Source: Alphaproteobacteria bacterium
GTDB taxonomy: Bacteria; Pseudomonadota; Alphaproteobacteria; JAAXGF01
Length of the DNA: 64,000 nucleotides
Direction: 5' to 3'
Assembly: GCA_963555825.3 (NCBI GenBank)
Contig: CAUVXB020000001.1
Span: forward strand, 1,504,001 to 1,568,000
Positions within the stretch are counted from its first letter, which is position 1; each line of letters opens with the position of its first letter. Positions 41,701-53,418 of the stretch are shown piece by piece. A model generated the notes under the pieces. That model worked only from the letters and a program-made list of their open reading frames with translations, had not been told where the DNA came from and did no database searches. The translations under genes were made by a program, and so were the position numbers.

Positions 41701-42025
41701 GTTTGGCGTCGACGTCGCCGACGCTGCCCAGCACGGAGGCCGAATTGTCGAGTACGACGACGCTTTGCAATTGCGGCTATTTCGCCAACTCATCGAGCAT
41801 TACGCCGATATGGTAAATGTCGTATTCCCAGACTTCGGTGGAGAGGGCCGAACTTTGCAGGTCGGCCAGGCTATCCAAACCGCGGACAAGCTCGGCGCGC
41901 TCGGCGCGGTAGTATTGCAGCTCCAGGACCGAGAACAGTACCAAGAGGGCGATGCTGACCATCGGCACATTGATGGCCAGCAGCTTCGCGGTCAGCGATT
42001 TGAACTTCACATCGATAGCGTTCAC
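35754..42025 (-). pseudogene. Giant membrane sensor: TM-HAMP, ~11 PAS, GAF, SpoIIE/PP2C phosphatase; four lesions
   Basis: In-frame TAGs at 41777-41779 and 37257-37259; frameshifts near 40505 and 37520. C-terminal VGGD, DCTGHGVPGA, SDG and DDVT PP2C motifs; AGGGAGG RBS before GTG 42025. Confidence 0.85.
39721..40500 (-). repeat. Tandem 381-bp PAS-domain duplication
   Basis: Module boundaries recur at 39721, 40102 and 40483; units are highly similar; a further related unit lies at about 40920-41280. Confidence 0.85.
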
Positions 42026-42136
42026 GGGCACCTCCCTGCCGCGCGGCGCACGCAGCCGGTGCACCGGCGGCCTCCTGAACCTGGGCGACCTTTACAGCTC
42101 ACGGGCATCTCGCGATGCCGATTGACCCCCACGCGT

Positions 42137-42208
42137 CGGTCAACCGGCGTTTCGCCGGCGCCGATTGCGGTCAGCCGGCGTTTCGCCGGCGCCGATTGCG
42201 GCCAGCCG
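42137..42208. repeat. 31-bp tandem repeat x2.3, each unit with hairpin CCGGCG-TTT-CGCCGG
   Basis: Units 42137-42167 and 42168-42198 differ at one base. Confidence 0.85.
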
Positions 42209-42323
42209 AGTTTAGCGCATTTTTGGGGACCGGACGTCCTTCGTCGTCGGATTCGTCTCAGCCGATATTAGGGGAGCCTTCAACGAGGGCATGCGCGCGA
42301 TCAACAAATCCGGTGCCTACGAA

Positions 42324-42359
42324 GCGATGACGCGCCTGTCTATGGTGGGAAGTCCGGGC
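42324..42359 (-). repeat. Isolated, diverged terminus of foldback element family A
   Basis: GCGATGACGCGCCTGTCTATGGTGGGAAGTCCGGGC is close to the reverse complement of the element's first ~36 nt. Confidence 0.75.
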
Positions 42360-42379
42360 GAGACCCAGGGGACGTTCCC

Positions 42380-43153
42380 CTAGCCCATACGCGCCAGCAA
42401 TTCGGGCAGATCGGCGATTGTCGCGATGCGCGCGTCGGGTGTGATCGATGGGTGGTCGCGGTCGCGCGCACTGTATTTGCCGGTCTCGACCTGGACCGCG
42501 CGCAGGCCGGCGCTCTGCGCGCCGCCGATGTCGGCCACGATGTCGTCGCCGACCATGACGACCTCGCCAGCCGCGAGCCCGATCGAGGCGAGCGCCATGT
42601 CGAAGAAGGCGCGATCGGGCTTGCCGAGCACCCGCGCGGTCGCGCCGGCGGCGTATTCGAGCGCGGCGACGAACGGGCCGACGTCGAGCGACAGCCCCTC
42701 GGCGCGCCGGCAATAACGGTTCTTGTGCAGGGCGAGGATCGCGGCGCCGTCGAGCGCCATCTGGAACAGCCGGTTGAGGCGCTGCCACGAATAGCCGGTA
42801 TAGAGATCGCCCATGACGACCACCTCGACCCGGTCGTCGACCAGATCGAAGCCCGCGAAGTCCTCGGCCAGGCCCTCGGGCGCGGCGAGATGGACACGCG
42901 TCAGCCCCTCGCGCCTCAGCACCGCGACGGCGGCCATGGCCGGCGAGAACACTTCGTCGAGGTCGAGTGCGAAGCCCATGGCGTGCATGCGGCCAACGAC
43001 GTCGCCGCGCGGCTTGGTCGTGGTGTTGGTCAAGTAGCGCAGCGCGATGCCGTCGGCGCCGAGCCGATCGAGCGCCTCGCGCGCGCCCGCGATCGGCGCG
43101 TCCGCTTGGTAGAGAACGCCTTCAAGATCGAGCAGGGCGCCGCGTACCGTCAT
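42380..43153 (-). CDS. HAD-superfamily IIA hydrolase (TIGR01458-like)
   Basis: LLDLEGVL, LTNTT, LGKP, MVGDDIVADIGGAQ, TGKY. Confidence 0.9.
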   Translation of the reverse strand: MTVRGALLDLEGVLYQADAPIAGAREALDRLGADGIALRYLTNTTTKPRGDVVGRMHAMGFALDLDEVFSPAMAAVAVLRREGLTRVHLAAPEGLAEDFAGFDLVDDRVEVVVMGDLYTGYSWQRLNRLFQMALDGAAILALHKNRYCRRAEGLSLDVGPFVAALEYAAGATARVLGKPDRAFFDMALASIGLAAGEVVMVGDDIVADIGGAQSAGLRAVQVETGKYSARDRDHPSITPDARIATIADLPELLARMG

Positions 43154-43173
43154 GTCGGGCCTTATGCCAAGGA

Positions 43174-45120
43174 TCAGCCCTGGGACTGGGTCAGACGCTT
43201 CAGCTCAGCTTCCGAGCCGGTGTACTCGATGAAGTTGGTCACCCCGGTGTCGACCGACAGCTGGAACATGCGTTGGGCTTCGCCGATGTTTCCCGCGATC
43301 AGGTGATATTGGCCGAGGTAGAAATACGCCTCGCATTCCTGCTCGGCGCGCTTGTCCAACGCGACCTGCCTGGCCGCGTCCAACACGACGGCCGGGGTCG
43401 ACTCGCCGAGCAACATCTCGATCACCGGGCCAGGCCAGGCTCCCGTGTTGATGCGTCCGGCGCGCTCGGTGAGTGCCGAAACATCACCAGCGCCGCTCCG
43501 TGCCTGGGCAAGGTAGAGCCAGATCATCCGGTATGCGTCACTGGGTTTGTCGTCCGCCAATGTCTCGAAGTCGCGCGCCGCCACGCCGAAATCGCCCAGA
43601 TAAAAATGCGCGTTGCCGCGATTCTTGAACGCCACGAAGTCGTTTGAATTCAAGCGAATGGCTATGTCGTAGTCGTCGATTGCACGCTGGTGCATGCCCA
43701 GCTTGCCATAAGCGACGCCGCGGTTGTTGTACGATGCCGGCAAATCCGGATCGAGCCGTACCGCCGTGTCGTAATCGGCGATCGCACGGTTGTAGAGGCC
43801 GTCGTTCTTATACGAATTGCCGCGCAGGATGTAGTAGTTGGGATCATCCGTGACGAACTCGGATTCCGACTCGCCAGCCGCCGGTAGTACGAGCGAGGGC
43901 ACTATCGATGCGGCGGATGTCGGCGCCGGTTCGGGTGCACTCACCGCCGGCGCGCTTGCTACCACCAACGGCTGTGGTTCTGTCTCGGCGGCGGGCTGCA
44001 CCGCGCCTTCGAAGGCGGTCGCCGAGCGGTCGTAGAGCGTACGCAATAGCTCGTCCATCGGTTCATCGATCACGGTCACCACGGGCGTTTCGGGCACCGG
44101 TTGTGACGCAGGCGCCGCCGCGACGTCAGTCTCAGCCACTGGCTCGGGCGCCGCGGCCGGCGCTTCGACAACCGGCTGAACGACCGGCTCGGGCGCCGCG
44201 GCCGGCGCTTCGACAACCGGCTGAACGACCGGCTCGGGCGCCGCGGGCGGCGCCACGACCGCGGGCGCCGGGGGCGGCGCAGCCATTTGGGCCGCGGGCT
44301 GTACCGCAGGCTCGGACACCGCGTCGACAACCGGTTGGGTTGCCGGCTCCGGTGGCGTGGGCGCCGGCTCGACAGCTGCTTGGACGACCGGCGGCGCGAC
44401 GGCTTCGACCGTGGGTTCCGCGCTGGCGGGTAGCGGCGCGGGTGGTTCGCTCTGCGCTTCGGCGACCGTGTCATCGGCGACCGGCGCGGCCTCCTTGGCC
44501 TGCAATGCGAGGGTGCGGCTGCGCGCCAGTTCGGCGTCATCCGGGTCGATCGTGAGGGCAGCGTCGTAATCGGCGATGGCGTCGTCGTAGTGGCCGGCCA
44601 TCATATAGGCGGTCGCGCGGCCCTTGAGAGCGCGCGGATTGTTCGGGCTGCGCTCGATGACGACGTCGTAATCCCGGATCGCCAGTTCGTGTTCGTCACG
44701 CGCGAGGTAGGCGTCGGCGCGCCGCTTGACGATGTCGGGGTCGCTGGGATCGAGTTCGATCGCACGGTCGTAGTCGGCGATCGCCTCATCGTACTCGCCC
44801 AGGCTGGCAAAGGAGATACCGCGGTTGAAGTAGGCGCGGTGATAATCCGGCATGAGCTGGATCGCCGCATTGAAGCTGATGATGGCGTCGTCGTGCTCGC
44901 CCTGGGTGTCGTATGCGAGGCCAAGGTTGTTGAGCGCGAAGACGGTGTGCTTGCGACCGAGTTCGCCCGACTCGATCGCCTTGGCATAGAACTCGATCGC
45001 TGCGTCAAGATCGCCGCGGCTTTGCGCCGCGAGACCGGCACGGGCATCGTCGAGCCCGGCAGCGATGGCGGGCATCGGAAGCATGGCCAGCAGGGCCGCG
45101 AATAAAATCCAGCGTGACAT
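43174..45120 (-). CDS. Exported TPR protein with Pro/Ala-rich linker and NlpI-like C-terminus
   Basis: Signal peptide, repeated AIADYDxAI TPRs, CEAYFYLG..FIEY. Confidence 0.85.
   Translation of the reverse strand: MSRWILFAALLAMLPMPAIAAGLDDARAGLAAQSRGDLDAAIEFYAKAIESGELGRKHTVFALNNLGLAYDTQGEHDDAIISFNAAIQLMPDYHRAYFNRGISFASLGEYDEAIADYDRAIELDPSDPDIVKRRADAYLARDEHELAIRDYDVVIERSPNNPRALKGRATAYMMAGHYDDAIADYDAALTIDPDDAELARSRTLALQAKEAAPVADDTVAEAQSEPPAPLPASAEPTVEAVAPPVVQAAVEPAPTPPEPATQPVVDAVSEPAVQPAAQMAAPPPAPAVVAPPAAPEPVVQPVVEAPAAAPEPVVQPVVEAPAAAPEPVAETDVAAAPASQPVPETPVVTVIDEPMDELLRTLYDRSATAFEGAVQPAAETEPQPLVVASAPAVSAPEPAPTSAASIVPSLVLPAAGESESEFVTDDPNYYILRGNSYKNDGLYNRAIADYDTAVRLDPDLPASYNNRGVAYGKLGMHQRAIDDYDIAIRLNSNDFVAFKNRGNAHFYLGDFGVAARDFETLADDKPSDAYRMIWLYLAQARSGAGDVSALTERAGRINTGAWPGPVIEMLLGESTPAVVLDAARQVALDKRAEQECEAYFYLGQYHLIAGNIGEAQRMFQLSVDTGVTNFIEYTGSEAELKRLTQSQG
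44141..44246 (-). repeat. 45-bp coding tandem repeat (APEPVVQPVVEAPAA) x2.3
   Basis: Perfect direct repeats 44141-44185 and 44186-44230. Confidence 0.9.
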
Positions 45121-45267
45121 CAATTACCTTTCGTCGGCGTGCCGACAGATTACGCGCGCCACTGCCGCATTCGCAACTTCCGTCCCGCGCAGTGCTGGAA
45201 AATTCCCGCGTCTGGGCTACAATCCACCAACAATCGAATTACGACAATCGATGTCCTCGGGGGGACG

Positions 45268-46260
45268 ATGAAAAAGCCATATCTTCTGTTTCTGGGCGAT
45301 GCGCGCGACGATCTGGCCGCCAAGTCGGCGCGCGGCGTGCTCGACTGGCGGCCCGAAGCGGGCATCGGCCAACTCAGGCTCGACGGCTGCAAGACCAGCC
45401 TCGGTCTGCCCGATATGACGGTCGAGGCGGCCGCCGAGGCGGGCGCCAAGACGATGGTCATGGGCGTCGCCAACGCCGGCGGCTTCATCCCCGACAACTG
45501 GACCGAAACCATCATCGGCGCGCTTGCCGCCGGCATGGACGTCGCCAGCGGCATGCATACACGGCTCGCCGATATCGAGCCTATCCGCGACGCCGCCCAG
45601 CGCCACGGCCGAGAGCTGTTCGATGTTCGTCACCCGTCGCGCGCATTCGCGGTCGGCAGCGGCGCAAAGCGGCCGGGCAAGCGGCTGCTGGCGGTCGGCA
45701 CCGATTGTTCCTGCGGCAAGATGTACACGACGCTCGCGCTCGAGCGCGAGATGCGCCAGCGCGGCCTCGACGTGGATTTTCGCGCGACCGGCCAGAGCGG
45801 CATCTTCATCGCCGGCGACGGCGTCTCGGTCGACGCCGTGGTCGCCGACTTCATCTCGGGTGCGACCGAATGGCTCTCGCCGGCCAACGACCCGGATCAC
45901 TGGGACCTGATCGAAGGCCAGGGCTCGCTGTTCCATCCGTCCTTCGCCGGCGTCAGCATGGGCCTGCTGCACGGCGCCCAGCCCGATGCGCTGGTGCTGT
46001 GTCACGAGCCGACGCGCACGCATATGCGTGGCCTGCCCGACCGCGCGCTGCCAGGTTTCGAGGAATGCATCGCGGCCAATTTATCCGCCGCCCGCCTGAC
46101 CAATTCGGCGGTGCGCTTCGTCGGTGTCGCCATGGATACCTCGAGACTCGACGACGACGCGCGCGAGCGAGTGCTCGGCGAAACCGAAGATAGGCTTGGA
46201 CTACCCTGCGTCGATTCGGTCGCGACCGGGGTCGCGCGCATCGTCGATACGCTGGCATGA
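45268..46260 (+). CDS. dgcN: N-acetyltransferase DgcN (DUF1611)
   Basis: KPYLLFLGD, VGTDCSCGKMYT, RATGQSG, EGQGSLFHPS. Confidence 0.9.
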   Translation: MKKPYLLFLGDARDDLAAKSARGVLDWRPEAGIGQLRLDGCKTSLGLPDMTVEAAAEAGAKTMVMGVANAGGFIPDNWTETIIGALAAGMDVASGMHTRLADIEPIRDAAQRHGRELFDVRHPSRAFAVGSGAKRPGKRLLAVGTDCSCGKMYTTLALEREMRQRGLDVDFRATGQSGIFIAGDGVSVDAVVADFISGATEWLSPANDPDHWDLIEGQGSLFHPSFAGVSMGLLHGAQPDALVLCHEPTRTHMRGLPDRALPGFEECIAANLSAARLTNSAVRFVGVAMDTSRLDDDARERVLGETEDRLGLPCVDSVATGVARIVDTLA

Positions 46261-47246
46261 GCAGCCGCCGCCTGTCGGTTCGCGCCGAGACATGGCCGAT
46301 CGAGGGCAGCTTCACGATCTCGCGCGGCAGCCGCACCGAATCGCGGGTCGTCGTCGCCGAGATCGCCGATGGCGACAATATCGGGCGCGGCGAATGCCTG
46401 CCCTATGCGCGCTATGACGAGACCGTCGAGGGCGTCGCCGCGTTGATCGAGAGCGTCGGCCCGGCGATCGCCGACGGCATCGACCGCGCAGGCTTGCAGG
46501 ACCACCTGCCGCCCGGCGCGGCGCGCAACGCGCTCGACTGCGCGTTGTGGGACCTCGAGGCCAAGCGGACCGGCACACCGGTCTGGCGCCGCGCGGGGCT
46601 CGCCGAGCCGGGGCCGTTGGTCACCGCCTACACACTCAGCCTGGGCACCGTCGAGGCGATGGGCGCGGCGGCGCGGACCAACGCGCACCGGCCCCTTCTC
46701 AAGGTCAAGCTGGGCGGCGAGGACGTCGTCGCACGGGTGCGCGCGGTGCGCGCCGGCGCGCCCGAGACGCGCCTGGTTGTCGACGCCAACGAGGCCTGGA
46801 CGCCCGCGCTGCTCACCGAGGTGCTGCCCGAGCTGGCGCGGCTCGGCGTCGAGATGGTCGAACAACCGCTGCCCGCCGGCACCGACGACGCGCTCGCCGG
46901 CATCGAACGACCGGTAGCCGTCTGCGCCGATGAATCGTGCCACGACACGGCGTCGCTCGCCGGCCTCGCCGGACGTTACGACATGATCAACATCAAACTC
47001 GACAAGACCGGCGGGCTGACCGAGGCGCTGCGCCTCGCCGACGCCGCGCAGGCGGCCGGTTTCGGCCTCATGGTCGGCTGCATGATCGCGACCTCGCTGT
47101 CGATGGCGCCGGCCATGCTGGTCGCCGCCCACGCCCGCGTCGTCGACCTCGATGGGCCGCTGCTGCTGGCGCGCGACCGGACCCCCGGCATCGTCTATGC
47201 CGACGGCCTGATGCAGGCGCCACCGCGCGAGCTGTGGGGCGCCTAG
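46257..47246 (+). CDS. dgcA: N-acetyl-D-glutamate racemase DgcA (dipeptide epimerase family)
   Basis: FTISRG, LKVKLG, VDANEAW, EQP, ADES, NIKLDKTGG, DLDGPLLL; ATGA-coupled to dgcN. Confidence 0.9.
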   Translation: MSSRRLSVRAETWPIEGSFTISRGSRTESRVVVAEIADGDNIGRGECLPYARYDETVEGVAALIESVGPAIADGIDRAGLQDHLPPGAARNALDCALWDLEAKRTGTPVWRRAGLAEPGPLVTAYTLSLGTVEAMGAAARTNAHRPLLKVKLGGEDVVARVRAVRAGAPETRLVVDANEAWTPALLTEVLPELARLGVEMVEQPLPAGTDDALAGIERPVAVCADESCHDTASLAGLAGRYDMINIKLDKTGGLTEALRLADAAQAAGFGLMVGCMIATSLSMAPAMLVAAHARVVDLDGPLLLARDRTPGIVYADGLMQAPPRELWGA

Positions 47247-47614
47247 GCGGCGATTGATTCTGAATCGACGGGTGAGTCGTCCGTGAGCGTGACGCCGTCC
47301 AGCACACGGCAGGCATACGCGTTGCCTTCCGGCCACCGGTGGTACTTTCGGGCGTACTGAACCATCAGCTCGCGATAGCGCAGCACGACATTGGACGTGA
47401 CCTCGCGCGTGTAATGGTCGAAAAGCTGCGTGCGAGCGTCTTCGCGGCCTTCCTTGTGGTCCATGATCCGGCTCTTGATGGTATGGCTGCCGCCGTCCGC
47501 ACAGCCGATAAAGGTCAATCTGCCGTCCTCGTACAGCGTGAACACGCCGGGCGCTTCGGGCAAGCTGTCGAGGTTCGCATGGCTGGCGGGAAAGATTTTT
47601 TCACCGAATGGCAT
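47243..47614 (-). CDS. Small degenerate GIY-YIG-like protein
   Basis: LPEAPGVFTLYEDGRLTFIG..TIKSRIMDH...WPEGN; start MPFGEK. Confidence 0.6.
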   Translation of the reverse strand: MPFGEKIFPASHANLDSLPEAPGVFTLYEDGRLTFIGCADGGSHTIKSRIMDHKEGREDARTQLFDHYTREVTSNVVLRYRELMVQYARKYHRWPEGNAYACRVLDGVTLTDDSPVDSESIAA

Positions 47615-47731
47615 GGTTTGTACTCTCTTGCTGTGACAGGTGGCATTAATAACCCCTACGCTTGACGATGTCAGTGACGGCTGCCACACCACATTATAAT
47701 CCCCCCCTCCCCAGCGACGAGGAGACGATCG

Positions 47732-48469
47732 ATGGCCGGAACGACGAAATTCGGGCCCGAAAGCATCAAGGCACTCGCCTTCGACGTCGGCGGCACGGTG
47801 TTCAACTGGTACCACACGGTGTGCGACGCGGTCGACGCGCTGGCCGGCGAACGCGATGCGGACGTTGACGCCGGAGCATTTGCCAACGCTTGGCGGCTCG
47901 GCATGTTCGCGGTGCTCTCCGAAGTGCGATTCGGCGCGCGCGGCGCGATGTCGACCGACGCCATGCAGCTCGCCAGCCTGCGCAAGCTCGCCGCCGACTT
48001 CCCCGCGCTGGCCCTCACCGCGGCGGACATGGACGCCCTGGCGGGCGTCTGGTACCGGCTCAAGCCCTGGCCCGACGTGCCGGACGCGGTCGACCGGCTG
48101 CGTGACGACTACACCACCGTGGTGCTGACAGTGATGGGCTGGGGCGCCATGATGGCATCGTCGAAGGCCGCCGGCATCGCCTGGGACAGCATCCTCAGCT
48201 GCGAGTTTCTCGGCGTCTGGAAGCCCGACGCCGAGGCCTACCTGACGGTGCCACGCCTCCTTGCCCTGCGTCCCGACGAGGTCATGATGGTCGCCGCCCA
48301 TCCGGGCGATCTGAGCGCCGCCGCCGCGGCCGGCCTGCGCACGGCCTACGTCATCCGGCCGGCGACCTGTGAGCCGGGCTACGACCCGAACGACTTCCCG
48401 CGCGCCGACTTCGACGTCAACGCAAAGGACTTCCCCGACCTGGTGCGGCAACTGTGCCCAGGCGACTAG
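47732..48469 (+). CDS. Haloacid dehalogenase type II-like hydrolase
   Basis: FDVGGTV, PWPDV, WKPD, MVAAHPGDL; GAGGAG RBS. Confidence 0.87.
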   Translation: MAGTTKFGPESIKALAFDVGGTVFNWYHTVCDAVDALAGERDADVDAGAFANAWRLGMFAVLSEVRFGARGAMSTDAMQLASLRKLAADFPALALTAADMDALAGVWYRLKPWPDVPDAVDRLRDDYTTVVLTVMGWGAMMASSKAAGIAWDSILSCEFLGVWKPDAEAYLTVPRLLALRPDEVMMVAAHPGDLSAAAAAGLRTAYVIRPATCEPGYDPNDFPRADFDVNAKDFPDLVRQLCPGD

Positions 48470-48636
48470 CGCATCATCCGATCGATCGGATGATGCCAGC
48501 CCGCGCCAATCTTATCCCAACAAGAGGGCGGGCCGCCGACCGTTCGGCCAGCTTTGATTCCATAAGACTGGCATGCGCGGCGATTGAGCGCGGGTCACCT
48601 TTAGGTGGCCGCACAAAGGAAGCTGACCGCACAAAA
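48467..48636 (+). repeat. Structured intergenic repeat family B, copy 2
   Basis: Starts at the HAD TAG stop; shares CAGCCCGCGCCAATCTTATCCCAACAAGAGGG with copy 3; the 3' tail is duplicated. Confidence 0.85.
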
Positions 48637-48825
48637 TCATGCTCCCGCTTGACCCCAATCACGAGAGGTCTAAGATGGTTTGGGCCTAATCGTGAAAAGG
48701 GGGGTTAAAAAGATGTCCCCGCCCGACACGCCGACGAGCGAACTCACCGGGGATCTTATCGATCCACTTAAATCTCGGCCGTATGGTCGTGAGGTGAGCC
48801 ACAGGATGGCCACCATATGCAATGG

Positions 48826-48848
48826 GCCCCGCCGCACGGCGGGGCTTT
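48826..48848. terminator. GC-rich hairpin, probable terminator between convergent genes
   Basis: GCCCCGCC-GCAC-GGCGGGGC followed by TTT. Confidence 0.55.
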
Positions 48849-48900
48849 GCTGTGTCTGGGGCGCGCGCTTTTGCCGCCGCCCCTACCGCCCGCTCGCCCC

Positions 48901-50502
48901 CTACTCCCACTCGATCGTGCCGGGGGGCTTCGAGGTGACGTCGTAGACGACGCGGTTGATGCCGCGCACCTCGTTGCAGATGCGCGTCGAGACGCGGCTC
49001 AGGAACTCGTGCGAAAACGGGTAGGCGTCGGCCGTCATGCCGTCGGTCGAGGTCACCGCGCGCAGCGCGCAGACGTGCTCGTAGGAACGTTCGTCGCCCA
49101 TCACGCCGACCGTGCGCACCGGCAGCAGCACGGCGAAGGCCTGCCAGATCTCGTCGTAGAGGCCGGCGGCGCGGATCTCCTCGAGGTAGATCGCGTCGGC
49201 GCGGCGCAGAATGGCGAGCCTCTCGGGGGTGATCGCGCCTGGCATGCGGATCGCCAGGCCCGGCCCCGGGAACGGGTGGCGGCCGACGACACTCTCGGGC
49301 AGGCCGAGCTCGCGCCCGAGCTCGCGCACCTCATCCTTGAACAGCTCGCGCAGCGGCTCGACCAGCGCCATATTCATGCGCTCGGGCAGGCCGCCGACGT
49401 TGTGGTGCGACTTGATCGTAACGCTCGGCCCGCCCGCGGGCGAGATCGATTCGATGACGTCGGGGTAGAGCGTCCCTTGGGCCAGGAAGTCGGCGCCGCC
49501 GGCCCTGGCGGCCTCCGCTTCGAAGACGTCGATGAAGGTCGCGCCAATGATCTTGCGTTTGCGCTCGGGGTCGGTCACGCCGGCGAGCTTCTCGAGGAAC
49601 AGTTCGCCAGCGTCGTTGTGTACCAGCGTGATGTTGGAGCGGTCGCGGAACAGCGTGACGACCTCTTCCGATTCGCCTTCGCGCATCAGGCCGGTATCGA
49701 CGAAAACGCAAATCAGCCGGTCGCCGATCGCTTCGTGCAGCAGTGCCGCGACGACCGAGGAGTCGACGCCGCCCGAGAGGCCGCAGATGACCCGGCCGTC
49801 GCCGATCTGGGCGCGCGCGCGGGCCAGCGCCTCGCCATGGAAGGCCGCCATCGACCAGTCACCCACGCAGCCCGCGACGCGGTGCGTGAAGTTGTGCAGC
49901 AGTGCTGCGCCGTGCGTCGTGTGCACCACCTCGGGGTGGAACTGGACGCCGTAGAAGCGGCGCTCGTCGTCGGCAATGGCGGCGAACGGCGCGCCCTCGC
50001 TTTGGCCGACGACGCGGAAACCGCCGGGCAGCGCAACGACGCGGTCGCCGTGGCTCATCCACGCCTGCTCGCGCGTGCCGACCGGCCACAGCCCATCGAA
50101 CAGCACGCAGTCGTCGGTGACCTCGACGAAGGCGCGGCCGAACTCGCGGTGGTCCGACCCTTCGACGACGCCGCCCAATTGCGCGCACATGGTCTGCTCG
50201 CCATAACAGATGCCAAGCACGGGCACGCCAAGTTCGAAGACGATATCGGGCGCGCGCGGCGTTTCCTCGGTCGTCACCGAGGCCGGGCCACCCGACAGGA
50301 TGATCGCTTTGGGCGCGAAGGCCGCGACCTCGTCGTCGCTCACGTTGAACGGGCGGATTTCGCAAAACACGCCGTTCTCGCGCACGCGGCGGGCGATCAG
50401 CTGACAGGTCTGCCCGCCGAAGTCGAGAATCAGAACGCGGTCCATCAAAGGACGATGGACCGCGTCGCCGGCTGGTGCCAGCGCAACGTCTTCAACTGCC
50501 AT
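48901..50502 (-). CDS. guaA: GMP synthase (glutamine-hydrolysing); alternative start 50445
   Basis: [47 protein letters not shown]. Confidence 0.96.
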   Translation of the reverse strand: MAVEDVALAPAGDAVHRPLMDRVLILDFGGQTCQLIARRVRENGVFCEIRPFNVSDDEVAAFAPKAIILSGGPASVTTEETPRAPDIVFELGVPVLGICYGEQTMCAQLGGVVEGSDHREFGRAFVEVTDDCVLFDGLWPVGTREQAWMSHGDRVVALPGGFRVVGQSEGAPFAAIADDERRFYGVQFHPEVVHTTHGAALLHNFTHRVAGCVGDWSMAAFHGEALARARAQIGDGRVICGLSGGVDSSVVAALLHEAIGDRLICVFVDTGLMREGESEEVVTLFRDRSNITLVHNDAGELFLEKLAGVTDPERKRKIIGATFIDVFEAEAARAGGADFLAQGTLYPDVIESISPAGGPSVTIKSHHNVGGLPERMNMALVEPLRELFKDEVRELGRELGLPESVVGRHPFPGPGLAIRMPGAITPERLAILRRADAIYLEEIRAAGLYDEIWQAFAVLLPVRTVGVMGDERSYEHVCALRAVTSTDGMTADAYPFSHEFLSRVSTRICNEVRGINRVVYDVTSKPPGTIEWE

Positions 50503-50968
50503 GGGCGGCCTTGAATTTGGCGACCTCTGCCTTGAGCTCCTTGTACTCGCCGCAGGAATAGGTGCACGCCTTGCCGAGCGATCGCAGCAGCTTCTCGGCC
50601 TCGGCGAGATTGTCCATCTCGAGATACAGCTCGCCGAGATACTCATGCGCGCCGCGGTGCATACCGTTTAGGTCGAGGGCCGTCCGATAATTCTCGAACG
50701 CCGCGTCGGTGTCGCCCAGCTTGCGGTAGCTATAGCCGAGCAGATTATAGGCGTCGGCGCTCGTCGGGTCGGACGCGACCGCCTTCTTTAAATTCTCGAC
50801 CGCGGTCGCGTAATCGCCGGCGTCTGCCGCCTTCTTGCCTGCGTCGTAGTCGCTCGACGACGGCGTCGGCGCCGATGAACCGCCCAAACTCAAGGCCCAG
50901 GCCGGGCCGCCCGAAAGCGCGAGGCCGACCGAAAGGACGGCGGCGGTGACAAGAGCTTTGATCGTCAT
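50492..50968 (-). CDS. Exported TPR protein
   Basis: Signal peptide, [27 protein letters not shown]. Confidence 0.85.
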   Translation of the reverse strand: MTIKALVTAAVLSVGLALSGGPAWALSLGGSSAPTPSSSDYDAGKKAADAGDYATAVENLKKAVASDPTSADAYNLLGYSYRKLGDTDAAFENYRTALDLNGMHRGAHEYLGELYLEMDNLAEAEKLLRSLGKACTYSCGEYKELKAEVAKFKAAHGS

Positions 50969-51065
50969 CTCGGAGTTCCGGTTCAGTGGATCGGTGTTAT
51001 ATCGCTCAACCAAGAAGATAGTGAACCCGCCGAAAATTGGCCAGCGCGCCGGGCATTCGGCCGGC

Positions 51066-52739
<1,674 letters not shown>

Positions 52740-52742
<3 letters not shown>

Positions 52743-53411
52743 ACGCGCGTCAATGGATTTGTCTTCGGGTGATCCCCGGAATCCCTTGGCGACGAGGTAG
52801 ACCTCGGCCGATTCGTCGCGGCTCGCCGGCGGCTTGGCGTGCTTCACGGTCTCGAAGGCGCGTTTGACGGTGGCCAGCAGCGCCGCCTCGGTGCCACCCT
52901 TGAGGACCTTGCAGACGAAGGCGCCGCCCGGTGCCAGGATTTCCTGGGCCAGATTGAGCGCCGCCTCGCAGAGCGCGACGACGCGCAGGTGGTCGGTCGC
53001 CTTGTGGCCGGTCGACGGCGCCGCCATGTCGCTGAGCACGATATCGGCCGGACCGCCGAGCGCCGCGCGGATCGGCCCGGCCACCTCGGGGTCGAGCCCG
53101 TCGCCTTGCATGAACGTCGCGCCGGTGATCGGCTCGACCGGATTGAGGTCGATGGCGACGACGGCGCCGGCGCCCTCGCCGGCGCGCACGCGCTCGACAG
53201 CGACCTGGGTCCAACCGCCCGGCGCGGCGCCCAGATCGACCACCTTGCGCCCCGGGGCAAGCAGGTCAAACCGGTCGTCTAGCTCGCGCAGCTTGAACGC
53301 GGCGCGCGAGCGCAGGCCTTCTTTTTGGGCCGCCTTGACGTAGGGGTCGTTCAGTTGGCGATCGAGCCAGCGGCGCGAAGACTGACGCCGTTTACCGCGC
53401 GCACTTACCAC
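52740..53411 (-). CDS. rlmE: 23S rRNA Um2552 methyltransferase (start uncertain)
   Basis: WLDRQLNDPYV, RSRAAFKL, DLGAAPGGW, SDMAA, KPPASR.ES.E.Y. Confidence 0.92.
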
Positions 53412-53418
53412 TTCGCGT

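Noticed and set aside
37257-41779. Amber recoding (two in-frame TAGs in one gene)
   Set aside because: The same gene has two frameshifts, the TAG at 37257 fits a TGG-to-TAG mutation (IWHL context), and TAG is the normal stop of guaA, rlmE and others.
42137-44246. 31-bp and 45-bp direct repeats as CRISPR arrays
   Set aside because: The units are contiguous with no spacers, the 45-bp repeat is in-frame coding sequence, and there are no cas genes.
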